A stretch of 64,000 nucleotides of DNA from Alphaproteobacteria bacterium (GTDB taxonomy: Bacteria > Pseudomonadota > Alphaproteobacteria > Rhizobiales > NORP267). Below, in pieces: positions 8,628 through 18,867 of the stretch. Both the position numbers and the translations under genes were made by a program. Every line of letters begins with the position of its first letter. Positions within the stretch are counted from its first letter, which is position 1. Under the pieces are notes generated by a model. The model was not told where the DNA came from, ran no database searches, and saw nothing but the letters and a program-made list of their open reading frames with translations. The DNA lies in contig JAQRMX010000013.1 of the NCBI GenBank assembly GCA_028599125.1, positions 245 to 64,244 on the forward strand. Reading direction: 5' to 3'.

Positions 8628-10461
8628 CCGTTCCCGCTTTTTAGGTTCCTCTATGTCCACGTCTTCCAGAAAGCATCTTTCTTCCCGTTATCGTCGTGAG
8701 CGCATATTTCGCTTTCTTGGTCTCAGCGCTGTTATTTCAGCGATTTTGTTCCTTTTTCTCTTGTTATTTGGCGTTCTTACAGAAGGCTACAGGGCCTTTT
8801 CACAATATTATGTCCTTTTGGACATAAATTTTGATGAAGACAGGCTTGATTTACCAGATGAAGGCACGGATGATCGTCTTTTTAATGCCAATTACAGGGC
8901 TTGCCTTAACGATGCGTTTAGTCGCCTGTTTCCTGAAGTCCGGACCCGGTCGTCTCGTCGGTCTTTATTTAATCTTCTTTCTTCTGGTGCTGATCTTGAT
9001 TTGCGTGAGGTGGTTTTTTCCGATCCATCGTTGATTGGATCGGAAAAAACTGTGTCTGTTCTCCTTTCCGGCAAGTCTGACCTTTACCTGAAGAACGCGT
9101 CTAATAGCCTTGTTCCTCTGAAGACGGGAAGTTCGCTTCTTCTTTCTTCTGCAGGAGATGGAGTTGTGAGTCTTGTTTCTTCCTCCTCTGATTTTTCTTC
9201 CGTTTTATTTGATATTTTTTCTTATCTTGAGAAAAAAATCGCTCTCAAAGAGCAGGAGATTTCCTCTCTTGCACGTCAAAGCGAGAATCTTGTGAAAGTT
9301 TTAGAAGAGATGGAGCGAGAGCGTGGAGTTATTGAACCCGGACCGCTGAAGCTTTCCCTTTTGGAAATGATCAGGGCATATCGTTCTGATCTTGCTTCCG
9401 TGGAGCAGAAACGTCTCCGTTTACTAAAAGAACGAGCTGATCTGAAACATCGTACCGTTCCTGGAAGTGAGTTGAAAGAATTGACGGTGCATATGCCGAG
9501 TTATTTCATCTGGTTACCAGAGGGCGTTATCAAATTAACGTCTGTGTCCGGTAAAGCGGCTATGGGTAAGGTGCTCCGTCCTGGATCTTTTTCTGAAATG
9601 TCTGCTCCCCGTAAGTTCGTGTCTGGTAATTGGTCCCTCCTGAAGGAGAGTGTCCCACAATCTATGAGAAAGATTACTGACATGCAGATTGTCTGGCTCC
9701 GCAGCCTGTGGAAGGACGGCAGGCTTAGAAAAGGCTTGCATTATCTGTTTTTTACTTCCGGGGCGAGCCGTGAAGCGGAACGTGCCGGTATCTGGGGGGC
9801 CGTCATGGGTTCTTTTTATACGATGGTGATCACGTTTCTTATTTCCTTTCCCCTAGGTGTTGCAGCTGCGATTTATCTGGAGGAATTTGCTCCAAAGAAC
9901 CGCTGGATTGATTTAATTGAGGTCAATATTATTAATCTGGCGGCGGTTCCCTCAATTGTTTTTGGTCTTTTGGGTGTTTTTATTTTTTTGAATGTCCTAG
10001 GTGTTCCTCGTTCAGTCCCTTTGGCGGGGGGTATTATCCTTGCTCTCATGACATTACCGACAATTATTATTGCCAGCAGATCAGCTCTAAGATCTGTTCC
10101 TTTGTCTATCCGTCATGCAGCCCTGGCTCTTGGCAGCTCTCCTGTTCAGGCGGTATTTCACCATGTTGTACCTTTAGCTTTGCCAGGGATGTTTACCGGA
10201 ACTATCATCGGTATGTCACAGGCACTCGGTGAAACCGCTCCTCTCTTGATGATCGGTATGGTGGCGTTTATTGCAGGTATTCCGGATGGTTTTCTTGATC
10301 CGTCGACGGTTCTGCCTGTACAGATTTACATGTGGTCTGATTTTCCAGAACCTGCGTTTCGTGAAAAGACAGCAGGAGCGATAATTGTGTTACTTTGTTT
10401 TTTAATTTTGATGAATTCAATGGCGTTTCTTTTGAGACGAAGATTCGAACGATTTTGGTGA
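8620..10461 (+). CDS. pstA: phosphate ABC transporter permease PstA (unusually long)
   Basis: C-terminal permease core (IINLAAVPSIVFGLLG...ALGSSPVQAVFHHVVPLALPG...GETAPLLMIG). ATG 8620 overlaps the pstC stop by 8 nt. The track ORF starts at 8593, and MSTSS (8653) is another possible start. Confidence 0.88.
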   Translation: MIDRSRFLGSSMSTSSRKHLSSRYRRERIFRFLGLSAVISAILFLFLLLFGVLTEGYRAFSQYYVLLDINFDEDRLDLPDEGTDDRLFNANYRACLNDAFSRLFPEVRTRSSRRSLFNLLSSGADLDLREVVFSDPSLIGSEKTVSVLLSGKSDLYLKNASNSLVPLKTGSSLLLSSAGDGVVSLVSSSSDFSSVLFDIFSYLEKKIALKEQEISSLARQSENLVKVLEEMERERGVIEPGPLKLSLLEMIRAYRSDLASVEQKRLRLLKERADLKHRTVPGSELKELTVHMPSYFIWLPEGVIKLTSVSGKAAMGKVLRPGSFSEMSAPRKFVSGNWSLLKESVPQSMRKITDMQIVWLRSLWKDGRLRKGLHYLFFTSGASREAERAGIWGAVMGSFYTMVITFLISFPLGVAAAIYLEEFAPKNRWIDLIEVNIINLAAVPSIVFGLLGVFIFLNVLGVPRSVPLAGGIILALMTLPTIIIASRSALRSVPLSIRHAALALGSSPVQAVFHHVVPLALPGMFTGTIIGMSQALGETAPLLMIGMVAFIAGIPDGFLDPSTVLPVQIYMWSDFPEPAFREKTAGAIIVLLCFLILMNSMAFLLRRRFERFW

Positions 10462-10464
10462 GGT

Positions 10465-11289
10465 ATGGAAAATAGCGTGACAGATACTCAGAAATGCAAG
10501 GAATATTTTCCTGATGCAACAGGGGGTGCTAGCGGTTGTGCTGTAAAACTGCACGGTCGGGATGTGAATGTATTTTATGATGATAAACAAGTTTTGTTTG
10601 ATGTGAATCTTGCTATTGGAGAAAAGATGGTAACGGCCCTGATTGGGCCATCAGGTTGCGGGAAATCCACCTTTTTGCGTTGTTTCAACCGTATGAATGA
10701 AACAATTTCTTCTTGTCGGGTGGCCGGTCGTGTTGAACTGGATGGTTTTAATGTCCGTGATATTGATGTTGTTGAACTGCGTGCTCGTGTGGGAATGGTG
10801 TTTCAGAAGCCCAATCCTTTTCCTAAGTCGATTTACGAGAATGTTGCCTATGGTCCCCGGATCCACGGACTTGCTGGAACGTCTGCTGAACTTGATGATA
10901 TTGTGACATCAAGTCTGGAGAGGGCCGGGTTGCTGGAGGAGGTGCATAACCGGATGAATGAACTTGGTACTGGCTTGTCCGGTGGCCAGCAGCAGCGTTT
11001 ATGCATCGCCCGTGCTATTGCGGTAAATCCTGAAGTTATCCTGATGGATGAGCCCTGTTCTGCTCTTGACCCGATTGCGACGGCACGCATTGAAGAATTA
11101 ATTGACGACCTATGTCAGAATTATACCATTGTAATTGTTACGCATTCAATGCAACAGGCTGCGCGTGTCTCGCAGCGTACGGTTTTCTTCAACCTTGGTA
11201 AGTTGGTTGAAGAAGGAGATACGACGCAAATTTTCACAAATCCCCATGACAAGCAGACGCAGGATTATATTACGGGTCGTTTCGGGTGA
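10465..11289 (+). CDS. pstB: phosphate ABC transporter ATP-binding protein PstB
   Basis: Walker [13 protein letters not shown] signature LSGGQQQR, Walker [12 protein letters not shown]. Confidence 0.95.
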   Translation: MENSVTDTQKCKEYFPDATGGASGCAVKLHGRDVNVFYDDKQVLFDVNLAIGEKMVTALIGPSGCGKSTFLRCFNRMNETISSCRVAGRVELDGFNVRDIDVVELRARVGMVFQKPNPFPKSIYENVAYGPRIHGLAGTSAELDDIVTSSLERAGLLEEVHNRMNELGTGLSGGQQQRLCIARAIAVNPEVILMDEPCSALDPIATARIEELIDDLCQNYTIVIVTHSMQQAARVSQRTVFFNLGKLVEEGDTTQIFTNPHDKQTQDYITGRFG

Positions 11290-11311
11290 TAACCAGAAAT
11301 AAGGAGAAGGA

Positions 11312-11998
11312 ATGACAGAACATATCGTGCGTGCATTTGAGGAAGAATTGGTTTCTTTGAATGAGAAAATTGCCAGGATGGGGGAATTGGCGGAGAGACA
11401 GCTTGCAGATGCTGTGAATGTTTTGCAAAGGCGTGATCTTGATTTGGCAGCGGAAGTGATTGCGGCCGACGATCAGATTGATGATTCTGAGCGTGATATT
11501 GAAGAGCAGGTGATCATAATGATCGTCAGGCGTCAGCCTATGGCTCTTGATTTGCGTGAAATTATGGCCGCCATTCGTATTTCATCCGATCTTGAGCGTG
11601 TTGGCGATCTTGCGGGGAATATAGCCAAGCGTGTGGTTTCAATCGGCGCGGATACGCATCCGCAACGCTTGCTCCATGGAGTGGATCGTATGAGTAAACT
11701 TGCTATGAAACAGCTCAAGGATGTTCTTGATGCCTACTCTGGTCGTGATACAAGAAAAGCAATTGCCGTTTGGCATAATGATGAGGAAATTGATAACATG
11801 TATATTTCCCTGTTTCGTGAATTTCTGACTTATGTGATGGAAGATCCGCGCCTCATTACGCCTTGTACGCATCTTTTGTTTGCGGCAAAAAATATGGAGC
11901 GGATCGGTGATCATGCAACGAATATTGCTGAGACGATTCACTATCTCGTTCATGGCAAGCCATTGATTGAGACTAACCGAAAACTAATTTCGCTTTAG
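11312..11998 (+). CDS. phoU: phosphate signalling complex protein PhoU
   Basis: 228 aa with two PhoU repeats (DDQIDDSERDIEE... and DEEIDNMY...ERIGDHATNIAE). Immediately downstream of pstB. Confidence 0.92.
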   Translation: MTEHIVRAFEEELVSLNEKIARMGELAERQLADAVNVLQRRDLDLAAEVIAADDQIDDSERDIEEQVIIMIVRRQPMALDLREIMAAIRISSDLERVGDLAGNIAKRVVSIGADTHPQRLLHGVDRMSKLAMKQLKDVLDAYSGRDTRKAIAVWHNDEEIDNMYISLFREFLTYVMEDPRLITPCTHLLFAAKNMERIGDHATNIAETIHYLVHGKPLIETNRKLISL

Positions 11999-12234
11999 GT
12001 TTTTTTGGTCTGCTTTTTTCAAGGCTATAGGAGAGTCATTTGAGGTTGTGCTGTCACAACAAATTAATAGTCGAAATTCATTTCTCCTTCACAGAAATAA
12101 AGACAGTGTGTATTTGGTTTCTGTATATTTTCGGCTTGCTCTATGCTTTTCTGTAGCGTTCATTCATCGCGATTTATGGAGGGGGACGGACCGAACATTT
12201 TCTCCCGCTCAGGGAAAAAAGTCCGGTTCCTTCA

Positions 12235-12759
12235 TCATTCACAGGCGTTAGAGCGATGCTCCCTGCGTTTTTCATACAGAGGTTGATAAGCTACGCTGGC
12301 ATGATGCTCACAATATGGTAAGCCTGTAGAGGTTTTTTGACCACAGAAGTGAAAATTTTCTGTGTTTGGGTCCCCGATTGGCCATTTGCAGGTATATTCC
12401 GTGAGCTCAAGAATGGTTTTACACTGTTTTGGTGTAGCGTCCGTTAGAACGGTGTCTTTCTTTCTGACAAGCTTGTTGGAATTATTGGTAGAGGAGGACG
12501 CAAATTTGATTGCTCCATCTGGGACTACGGGAGAGGCGTAGGCAGGTTTTCTGGTTGCTAGGTATGTCAGAGTTGTTTTTTTTGGTTTAGGAGTGTTTTT
12601 TTGTACAGTTCTTGATCGCCCTGACAGGCCGAGTCGATGCACTTTCCCGATGACGGCGTTACGTGTTGTGCCGCCCATCTCCCTGGCTATCTGGCTTGCA
12701 CTCCATCCCTCTGTCCACAATAGCCTGAGTTGTTCAACACGTTCATTTGTCCAATTCAT
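12235..12759 (-). CDS. gcrA: cell-cycle regulator GcrA
   Basis: N-terminus MNWTNERVEQLRLLWTEGWSASQIAREMGGTTRNAVIGKVHRLGLSGR and C-terminus CKWPIGDP...FCG are hallmark GcrA blocks. Confidence 0.9.
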   Translation of the reverse strand: MNWTNERVEQLRLLWTEGWSASQIAREMGGTTRNAVIGKVHRLGLSGRSRTVQKNTPKPKKTTLTYLATRKPAYASPVVPDGAIKFASSSTNNSNKLVRKKDTVLTDATPKQCKTILELTEYTCKWPIGDPNTENFHFCGQKTSTGLPYCEHHASVAYQPLYEKRREHRSNACE

Positions 12760-13091
12760 TCCTGAATATCTCCATATATTGCCGCTTTTAAAATCGCTAC
12801 AGGTACACCTTGCAAGATTGAAAGAGCTGAATTGCGGATACCGCTATGCTTTTTCGTTCCTTCAGGGTGCTGCAACAAAAGAAAGTTACACTTTGCTTGC
12901 AGCTGAAACAAGGAATCGTTAACCTTTTTTCTAGACTATAATTTCCTGGGTATGATTTTCATCATTAATCAGGACATGATTGACACAGCCTGCAGGTTGC
13001 ATATTATACTTCGCTTCGTTGTGCTGTCTGAATTTTCATACGTATCTCTGATTTTCGCGGTGATCACGGGCAGACAATTTTTCTGGCGGAG

Positions 13092-14288
13092 TTGATTATT
13101 GTGCTTTCTCATCTTTGGGCGGTTTATTCTCATTCTGGTTGTGAATTTGAGCGCGGGTCTGGTTGTTGGCTCTATACGTCCAATGGAGATTCATATCTTG
13201 ATTTCACTTCTGGTGTTGCTGTTAACTCTTTGGGGCACTGTCATCCTGCTCTTGTTGAGGTTTTGTCCGCGCAGGGGCGCAAATTGTGGCATTTGTCAAA
13301 TCTTTTTCCTGTTCCTGAGCAGGAAATTTTCGCCAGTCGTTTGTGCGATCTGACCTTTGCCGATAAAGTTATTTTTCTTAATTCCGGTTCAGAAGCTGTT
13401 GAATGTGCTCTGAAACTGGCCCGAAGGTATTTTTTTAGTAAGGGGCAACCAGAACGCCATCGAGTCATTACCTTTGAAGGGGGGTTCCATGGTCGTACGT
13501 TTGCTGCCCTTGCTGCTTCTGGCCGAAAGAGTCATTTGGAGGGCTTTAGCCCGCAAATGCCGGGATTTGATCAGGTTGTTTTCTCTGATCCCAGTGCGGT
13601 TTCCGCTGCCATAGGTCCTGATATGGCAGCGATTTTGATTGAGCCGATTCAGGGAGAGGGGGGGGTACGTCTAGCACCTCCTGCTTTTTTGAGAGCTCTA
13701 CGTTCTCTTGCAGATGAGCATGACTTGTTGTTGATTTTTGACGAAGTGCAGTGCGGCATGGGGCGGACAGGAAAATTGTTTGCGCATGAGTGGAGCGGTA
13801 TTTTTCCTGATATTATGGCGGTTGCGAAGGGAATTGGTGGTGGATTTCCGTTAAGTGCCTGTCTCGCTGTGTCTTCCGTTGCAGACGCAATGACTGTCGG
13901 AAGTCATGGTTCAACTTATGGTGGCAATCCTTTGGCTATGGCAGTAGGTAAGGCTGTTCTTGATATTGTGAGCGATTCTGATTTTCTTGCAACAGTCATG
14001 GCACGGGCGGATCAATTGAGGTATGGTCTTTCCGCTCTTGCGGAACGGAGATCGGATTTGATAGAGGGAGTATGTGGTTTGGGTTTGATGCTGGGGCTGA
14101 AGTGCAGGATACCCCCTTCTGATCTTTTACGTGAACTTTTCAAAGAGAAGCTTTTGGCTCTTTCCGCAGGTGTTGATATTGTTCGTCTTTTACCACCATT
14201 GGTGGTAAGTGAGAGTGAAATTGATCAGGCTCTGGCGCGTTTGGATCGGGCTTGCGTGCACCTACTCCCTAAGCGTTCAGGTGAATGA
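13092..14288 (+). CDS. argD: acetylornithine aminotransferase
   Basis: Class-III aminotransferase blocks GSEAVECALKLARRY and DEVQCGMGRTGKLFA, with the PLP lysine in AVAKGIGGGFP. Upstream of argF. Start is TTG 13092 or GTG 13101. Confidence 0.9.
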   Translation: MIIVLSHLWAVYSHSGCEFERGSGCWLYTSNGDSYLDFTSGVAVNSLGHCHPALVEVLSAQGRKLWHLSNLFPVPEQEIFASRLCDLTFADKVIFLNSGSEAVECALKLARRYFFSKGQPERHRVITFEGGFHGRTFAALAASGRKSHLEGFSPQMPGFDQVVFSDPSAVSAAIGPDMAAILIEPIQGEGGVRLAPPAFLRALRSLADEHDLLLIFDEVQCGMGRTGKLFAHEWSGIFPDIMAVAKGIGGGFPLSACLAVSSVADAMTVGSHGSTYGGNPLAMAVGKAVLDIVSDSDFLATVMARADQLRYGLSALAERRSDLIEGVCGLGLMLGLKCRIPPSDLLRELFKEKLLALSAGVDIVRLLPPLVVSESEIDQALARLDRACVHLLPKRSGE

Positions 14289-14304
14289 TAAGTGAGAGTT
14301 CACA

Positions 14305-15237
14305 ATGACCCAGCTGAAGCGGAATTTTCTGGATATTGCCGATCTGACTTCTGTAACGTTGCGGGAGATTCTGAACGCGGCCGCGCGTATGAAGAAGGAA
14401 ATGAGATTAGGGTTGCATGAACGACATTCCAGAACTCTTGCGCACAGGACTTTGGCGATGATCTTTGAGCAGCCTTCAACGCGTACCAGAATTTCGTTTG
14501 ATGTTGCGATGAATCAACTGGGGGGGTATGCTCTTCTTCTTCCCAGGGATCAACTTCAGCTTGAGCGAGGGGAGAGCATTCAGGATACGGCGCGCGTTAT
14601 CTCTCGTTTTACGGATTGCCTTTTATTGCGCACAGGAGATTCTGCTCATTTGGCCTTGCTTGCGTCCCATGCGAGTGTTCCTGTTATTAATGGTTTGACG
14701 AATTTTTCTCACCCCTGCCAGGTCATGGCAGATGTTATGACCTTTGAAGAATATTCTGGCCCTGTTGCCGGTCGAACTGTTGCGTGGGTCGGCGATGGTA
14801 ATAACATGGTTCATTCTTGGTTGCACGCTTCAGCACGATTGGGATTTTCTATACGCATAGCGACACCTGTAGCCTATCAGCCTGACGCGCAGGTTGTTGA
14901 TTGGGCGCGCCGGGAAGGGGCGAATGTGTTGATTTGCAATAGTGCTGAAGAGGCGGTTACCGGTGTTGATTGTGTCATGACGGATACCTGGGTTTCAATG
15001 AGCGACAAGGATGTGGGTCAACGTCGGGCCGCTTTTGAAGGCTATTGCGTGAATCAGTCTTTAATGGCCCTGGCTGCGACAAATGCTATTTTTATGCACT
15101 GCCTGCCCGCGTATCGTGGAGAAGAGGTCGATAATACGGTCATTGATGGCCCTCAGTCTGTTGTTTTTGACGAAGCAGAAAATCGTTTACATGTCCAAAA
15201 GGCGATTTTATCGTGGTGTATATTGGGTGATTTTTAA
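14305..15237 (+). CDS. argF: ornithine carbamoyltransferase
   Basis: STRTRISF (carbamoyl-phosphate site), HPCQVMAD, HCLPAYRGEEV. Confidence 0.94.
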   Translation: MTQLKRNFLDIADLTSVTLREILNAAARMKKEMRLGLHERHSRTLAHRTLAMIFEQPSTRTRISFDVAMNQLGGYALLLPRDQLQLERGESIQDTARVISRFTDCLLLRTGDSAHLALLASHASVPVINGLTNFSHPCQVMADVMTFEEYSGPVAGRTVAWVGDGNNMVHSWLHASARLGFSIRIATPVAYQPDAQVVDWARREGANVLICNSAEEAVTGVDCVMTDTWVSMSDKDVGQRRAAFEGYCVNQSLMALAATNAIFMHCLPAYRGEEVDNTVIDGPQSVVFDEAENRLHVQKAILSWCILGDF

Positions 15238-15356
15238 GGTCGGTTTATACAAAGGATGATGAAACGCGACCGGTGTGGTTTTGCGTTTTGATTTTGCTTG
15301 ATATTTTCTCCCTTTACGTGAAGGCTTTTTCCGAGTTAGGAGCTAACATCTCTGTC

Positions 15357-16805
15357 TCATTCTTGCCAGAATGTCTTGCTCAATAGCACAAGAACGGTCA
15401 AAAGTTCCAGACGACCCATCAGCATGGCAATACTCAGGATCCACTTTGCCTCGCTTGATAAGCCTGAAAATGTGCTGGAGGGACCAATTTGCTGCCCCAG
15501 ACCGGGGCCTACATTTGATACAGCAGTCGCGGAGGCGGACAAGGAGGTAATGAGGTCATATCCGTCCAGTGTCAGAAGCAGAGAAAAGAAAGCGACTGTG
15601 AGGATATATAAAAAGAGAAAGCTCATCACCGATCCAATGACTTGGTCAGTGAGGGGTTTCCCATTGTAGTAAGGGACAAAGACGCCATGCGGATAAAGGA
15701 TTTGATTCAGATATTGCTTCATGGTCAGATAGATGACTTGAAACCTGAAAATCTTGATTCCGCAGGATGTTGAACTCGCACATCCGCCAACGAACATAAT
15801 GAACAGAAAGAGGGCTACGGAGAGGGGGCCCCATGAGTCATAGGGCGCATTGACATATCCAGTTCCCGTCATGATTGAAGTCACGTTGAAGAGGGTGTCA
15901 TGGGCACTCCATTCATTTTCTGTTTGCGATTGTAATTGCGCCAGAGCGGCTATTCCTGAGAAGACGGTGAGAAAAAGGAAGAATGTTTTCACCTGGCTGT
16001 CGCGAAAGATAACAGAGGTTGTTGATTGAATGGATTTTATGTAAAGAACGAATGGCAGGCTGCCGATAATCATGAAAAATATCGCAATGTTTTCAATTGT
16101 AGTGGAGCCGAAATATGCAATTGAGGCATCATGAGTTGAGAATCCACCGGTTGCGATTGTTGTCATAGCGTGGACGATTGCGTCAAAAACGTGCATACCT
16201 GCAATGTTATAGGCAATAGCGCAAAGGACCGTGAACAAGATATAAATTGTGGTCAGCATGCTGGAAATCTGCTTGGTGCGGGGAAGGACTTTTTCAAAAT
16301 TATCTGAAGCTTCCACTTTAAACAATTGCATACCACCGATTTGCAGCATAGGGAGGATTGCGATGGCCATCACGATGATTCCTAGTCCTCCAAGCCACTG
16401 TAAAAGGGCGCGCCAGAGTAAAATGCCCAAAGGCGCTTTATCGAGATTTTCGATGACGGTGGAACCCGTTGTTGTCAGTCCTGACATGGCTTCAAAGAAG
16501 GAGTCTGTATAACTAAGATATAGATTGGACCAGGCGAAAGGTAAGGCACTGAAAGTTGCAAGCAAGAGCCATGAAAAAACTGTCGTGAAGAAAGCGGAAC
16601 GGACCGTCAGATTTATTTCGGGCCTGTATGTTGAAGCAGAAAGGGAAACACCGATAAACAAACAGAATGTGGATGCGCTTGTGAAGATTTTCCAGTCCTG
16701 TTCTCCCATGCTGATGCTGATGATAGCCGGGATAATCATTGCAGCTCCCAGGATGGAGATCAGGATACCATTGATGAAGGCTGTGGATCTGAGATCTTTT
16801 ATCAT
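15357..16805 (-). CDS. trkH: Trk-type potassium uptake protein TrkH
   Basis: 482 aa, polytopic, with four selectivity-filter-like motifs (GLTTTGSTV, ATGGFSTHD, IMTGTGYVN, SNVGPGLG). Confidence 0.9.
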   Translation of the reverse strand: MIKDLRSTAFINGILISILGAAMIIPAIISISMGEQDWKIFTSASTFCLFIGVSLSASTYRPEINLTVRSAFFTTVFSWLLLATFSALPFAWSNLYLSYTDSFFEAMSGLTTTGSTVIENLDKAPLGILLWRALLQWLGGLGIIVMAIAILPMLQIGGMQLFKVEASDNFEKVLPRTKQISSMLTTIYILFTVLCAIAYNIAGMHVFDAIVHAMTTIATGGFSTHDASIAYFGSTTIENIAIFFMIIGSLPFVLYIKSIQSTTSVIFRDSQVKTFFLFLTVFSGIAALAQLQSQTENEWSAHDTLFNVTSIMTGTGYVNAPYDSWGPLSVALFLFIMFVGGCASSTSCGIKIFRFQVIYLTMKQYLNQILYPHGVFVPYYNGKPLTDQVIGSVMSFLFLYILTVAFFSLLLTLDGYDLITSLSASATAVSNVGPGLGQQIGPSSTFSGLSSEAKWILSIAMLMGRLELLTVLVLLSKTFWQE

Positions 16806-17207
16806 TACTGCGCGCCTTGTGCTTCAGACTTGCCTTCTGGAGCGTTAAGGATCTTACCGCTCTGTGTTCCCTATGGGATCATTCAGGAAAGCCACTGCTC
16901 CTGATGCTCTGAATTTTTCCCTACGCCCTGTCCTGCTGCTTGAATTCAGGGCTTTTGCGCATATTTGTATTTCCCTGAAGACTCCTTTTTCACTTCAAAA
17001 CAGGAGCTTTGCTCAGAAATCACAGGTCCCTCTGGCGACGCAATGCTAGCGCTAAAGGGGACCTCATCGTATGTCTGAATGAGCTTTGTGTCCAGTTTAG
17101 TCTTTTAAAGCGCTTTCTGGAGGTGATTTTTTACATACCAAACGATTTTCTGTTATTAATTTTTTTTAGTTAGATCATTTTTCTTTTTGTCTGTAACGGA
17201 AAAGAGT

Positions 17208-18323
17208 ATGATTATGAAAGATGATGCCAAGGGTATTTGGCCCTCGCAGTCAATCAAGGGCCTCATTAAATCCGGGGCCGTTGATTTTTCAGGTGAATTT
17301 GAAGAGCACCAATTGCAACCGGCAAGTCTTGACTTGCGTCTGGGTGATCGCGCGTATCGGCTTCGGTCCAGTTTTTTGCCTGGTCGAAACTATTCTGTTG
17401 AAGAGAAGCTATCCCAGTTCTCTCTGTATGAGATTGGCCTGATAGAGGGTGCTGTTTTAGAAGCAGGCTGCGTTTATCTAGTCCCTCTTCTGGAGTTTTT
17501 CAACCTGCCGGAAGGGCTTGCAGCACGTACAAATCCGAAGAGTTCCACCGGTCGTGTGGATGTTTTTGTACGGGTTGTTTCAGATGGTGCTGATGCGTTT
17601 GATACGATTCTTCACGGTTATGAAGGTTTGCTTTATCTTGAAATCAGCCCTCGGACCTTTCCGATTTTTGTAAGACGCGGTTTATCTTTGTCACAGATTC
17701 GTTTTTTTTGTTCCGCAGTTCACTGCTCTGATTCTGAATTGAAATCATTCCATCAGGATGCCCCGCTTGTTAGGGGGGGTGAAGCCTGTATTGAAAAGGG
17801 AGTAAGACTGACTGTTGATCTTTTGGGTCAGAATCGTGGAGGTCTGATCGGCTTTCGTGCGAAACGCTACACAAGAGTTCTTGATCTGAGTCTGTCTGCT
17901 TGTTACGATGTTGAGGATTTTTGGGATCCGATTTATGGGCAGGAGGGAAAGGATCTGCTCCTTGACCCTCATTGTTTTTATATCCTTGCCTCAAGGGAGT
18001 GCGTGATGGTTTTACCTTTCTTGGCTGCGGAAATGGTCCCGTTCGACCCGATGATTGGTGAATTTCGTGTTCATTACGCAGGTTTTTTTGATCCCGGTTT
18101 CGGGTATGATAAGTGCGGTGGTATCGAAAGTCATGCCGTTCTTGAAGTCCGCAATTATGAACTTCCCTTTACCCTGACCCACGGCCAGATGATCGGTCGC
18201 CTCGTGTACGAGTCGTTAACGGAGCGTTCGGTGTCTTTGTACGGGGATGAAATAGGTTCTTATTATCAAGGTCAGGGGTTAAAATTATCAAGGCATTTCA
18301 AGGATTTTAAGGGCCTCACCTGA
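17208..18323 (+). CDS. dcd: 2'-deoxycytidine 5'-triphosphate deaminase, long alphaproteobacterial DCD-family form
   Basis: About 370 aa. The N-terminus GIWPSQSIKGLIKSGAV and overall layout match my memory of the long DCD family (PF06559). This is not verified by search. The start could be TTG 17187, ATG 17208 or ATG 17214. Confidence 0.7.
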   Translation: MIMKDDAKGIWPSQSIKGLIKSGAVDFSGEFEEHQLQPASLDLRLGDRAYRLRSSFLPGRNYSVEEKLSQFSLYEIGLIEGAVLEAGCVYLVPLLEFFNLPEGLAARTNPKSSTGRVDVFVRVVSDGADAFDTILHGYEGLLYLEISPRTFPIFVRRGLSLSQIRFFCSAVHCSDSELKSFHQDAPLVRGGEACIEKGVRLTVDLLGQNRGGLIGFRAKRYTRVLDLSLSACYDVEDFWDPIYGQEGKDLLLDPHCFYILASRECVMVLPFLAAEMVPFDPMIGEFRVHYAGFFDPGFGYDKCGGIESHAVLEVRNYELPFTLTHGQMIGRLVYESLTERSVSLYGDEIGSYYQGQGLKLSRHFKDFKGLT

Positions 18324-18838
18324 TTGTTTTATCCGGGGTTGAGGGGCAGGACATTCTTTGTCTGTGTTGATTTTTTCTGCGGGTTATCTGAAAATTTCTG
18401 GCGCGAATTTATCAGATCTTTCCGTATTTCAGAGAAGGAGGGCCCGTTGCCACCGGTCAGGAAAGTGAAGTGTATCTCTCCGGTATGGATTTGTTGGAAA
18501 TGCTGTTTTGCTAAACTAGCCAATTATTCGATTTCGTCAGTGTCGCCTTTTCTTTATCCCGAAACAGGGAGCTGATATCTGCTGGAATTCTTTCTGTATT
18601 ACCTTGCCGGAGTATATCCTCTGGACAATGTTATATTCCTGTGAGCATGTGCTCGGTCTGGGGCGATATGATATTTTGAATTGGAGTTTTTTGTTTGTTG
18701 TGCCGTATTTTCAGGCTTGATAAGGAGCCACTTTTCACCGAATCAGTCATTGTCGTTCTATTTTTACTTTTTATATTCATCTATATTACTGATATGGGAA
18801 TATTTTCTTGAAGTTGAATTTGTCTCGGTGCACCTCAT

Positions 18839-18866
18839 TGGGGGTGCATTTTTGGGGGTGCATTTT
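18839..18866. repeat. perfect tandem duplication, 14 bp x2 (TGGGGGTGCATTTT), abutting the 5' end of tRNA-Gly
   Basis: Read directly from the sequence. The next 7 nt (TGCGGGT) begin the tRNA and resemble the start of the unit. Confidence 0.9.
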
Positions 18867-18867
18867 T

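Noticed and set aside
12760-13091. Search for CtrA boxes (TTAA-N7-TTAA) or DnaA boxes in the gcrA/argD divergent promoter region
   Set aside because: I found isolated TTAA motifs and one GAATC (GANTC) site, but no properly spaced TTAA-N7-TTAA pair by eye.
17034-17074. Imperfect hairpin (AGGTCCC...GGGGACCT with a 24-nt loop containing the palindrome TAGCGCTA) in the trkH / dcd spacer, considered as a riboswitch, sRNA or terminator
   Set aside because: There is no flanking U-run and no match to any riboswitch consensus I know. The stem is short. I cannot support it without covariation or expression data.
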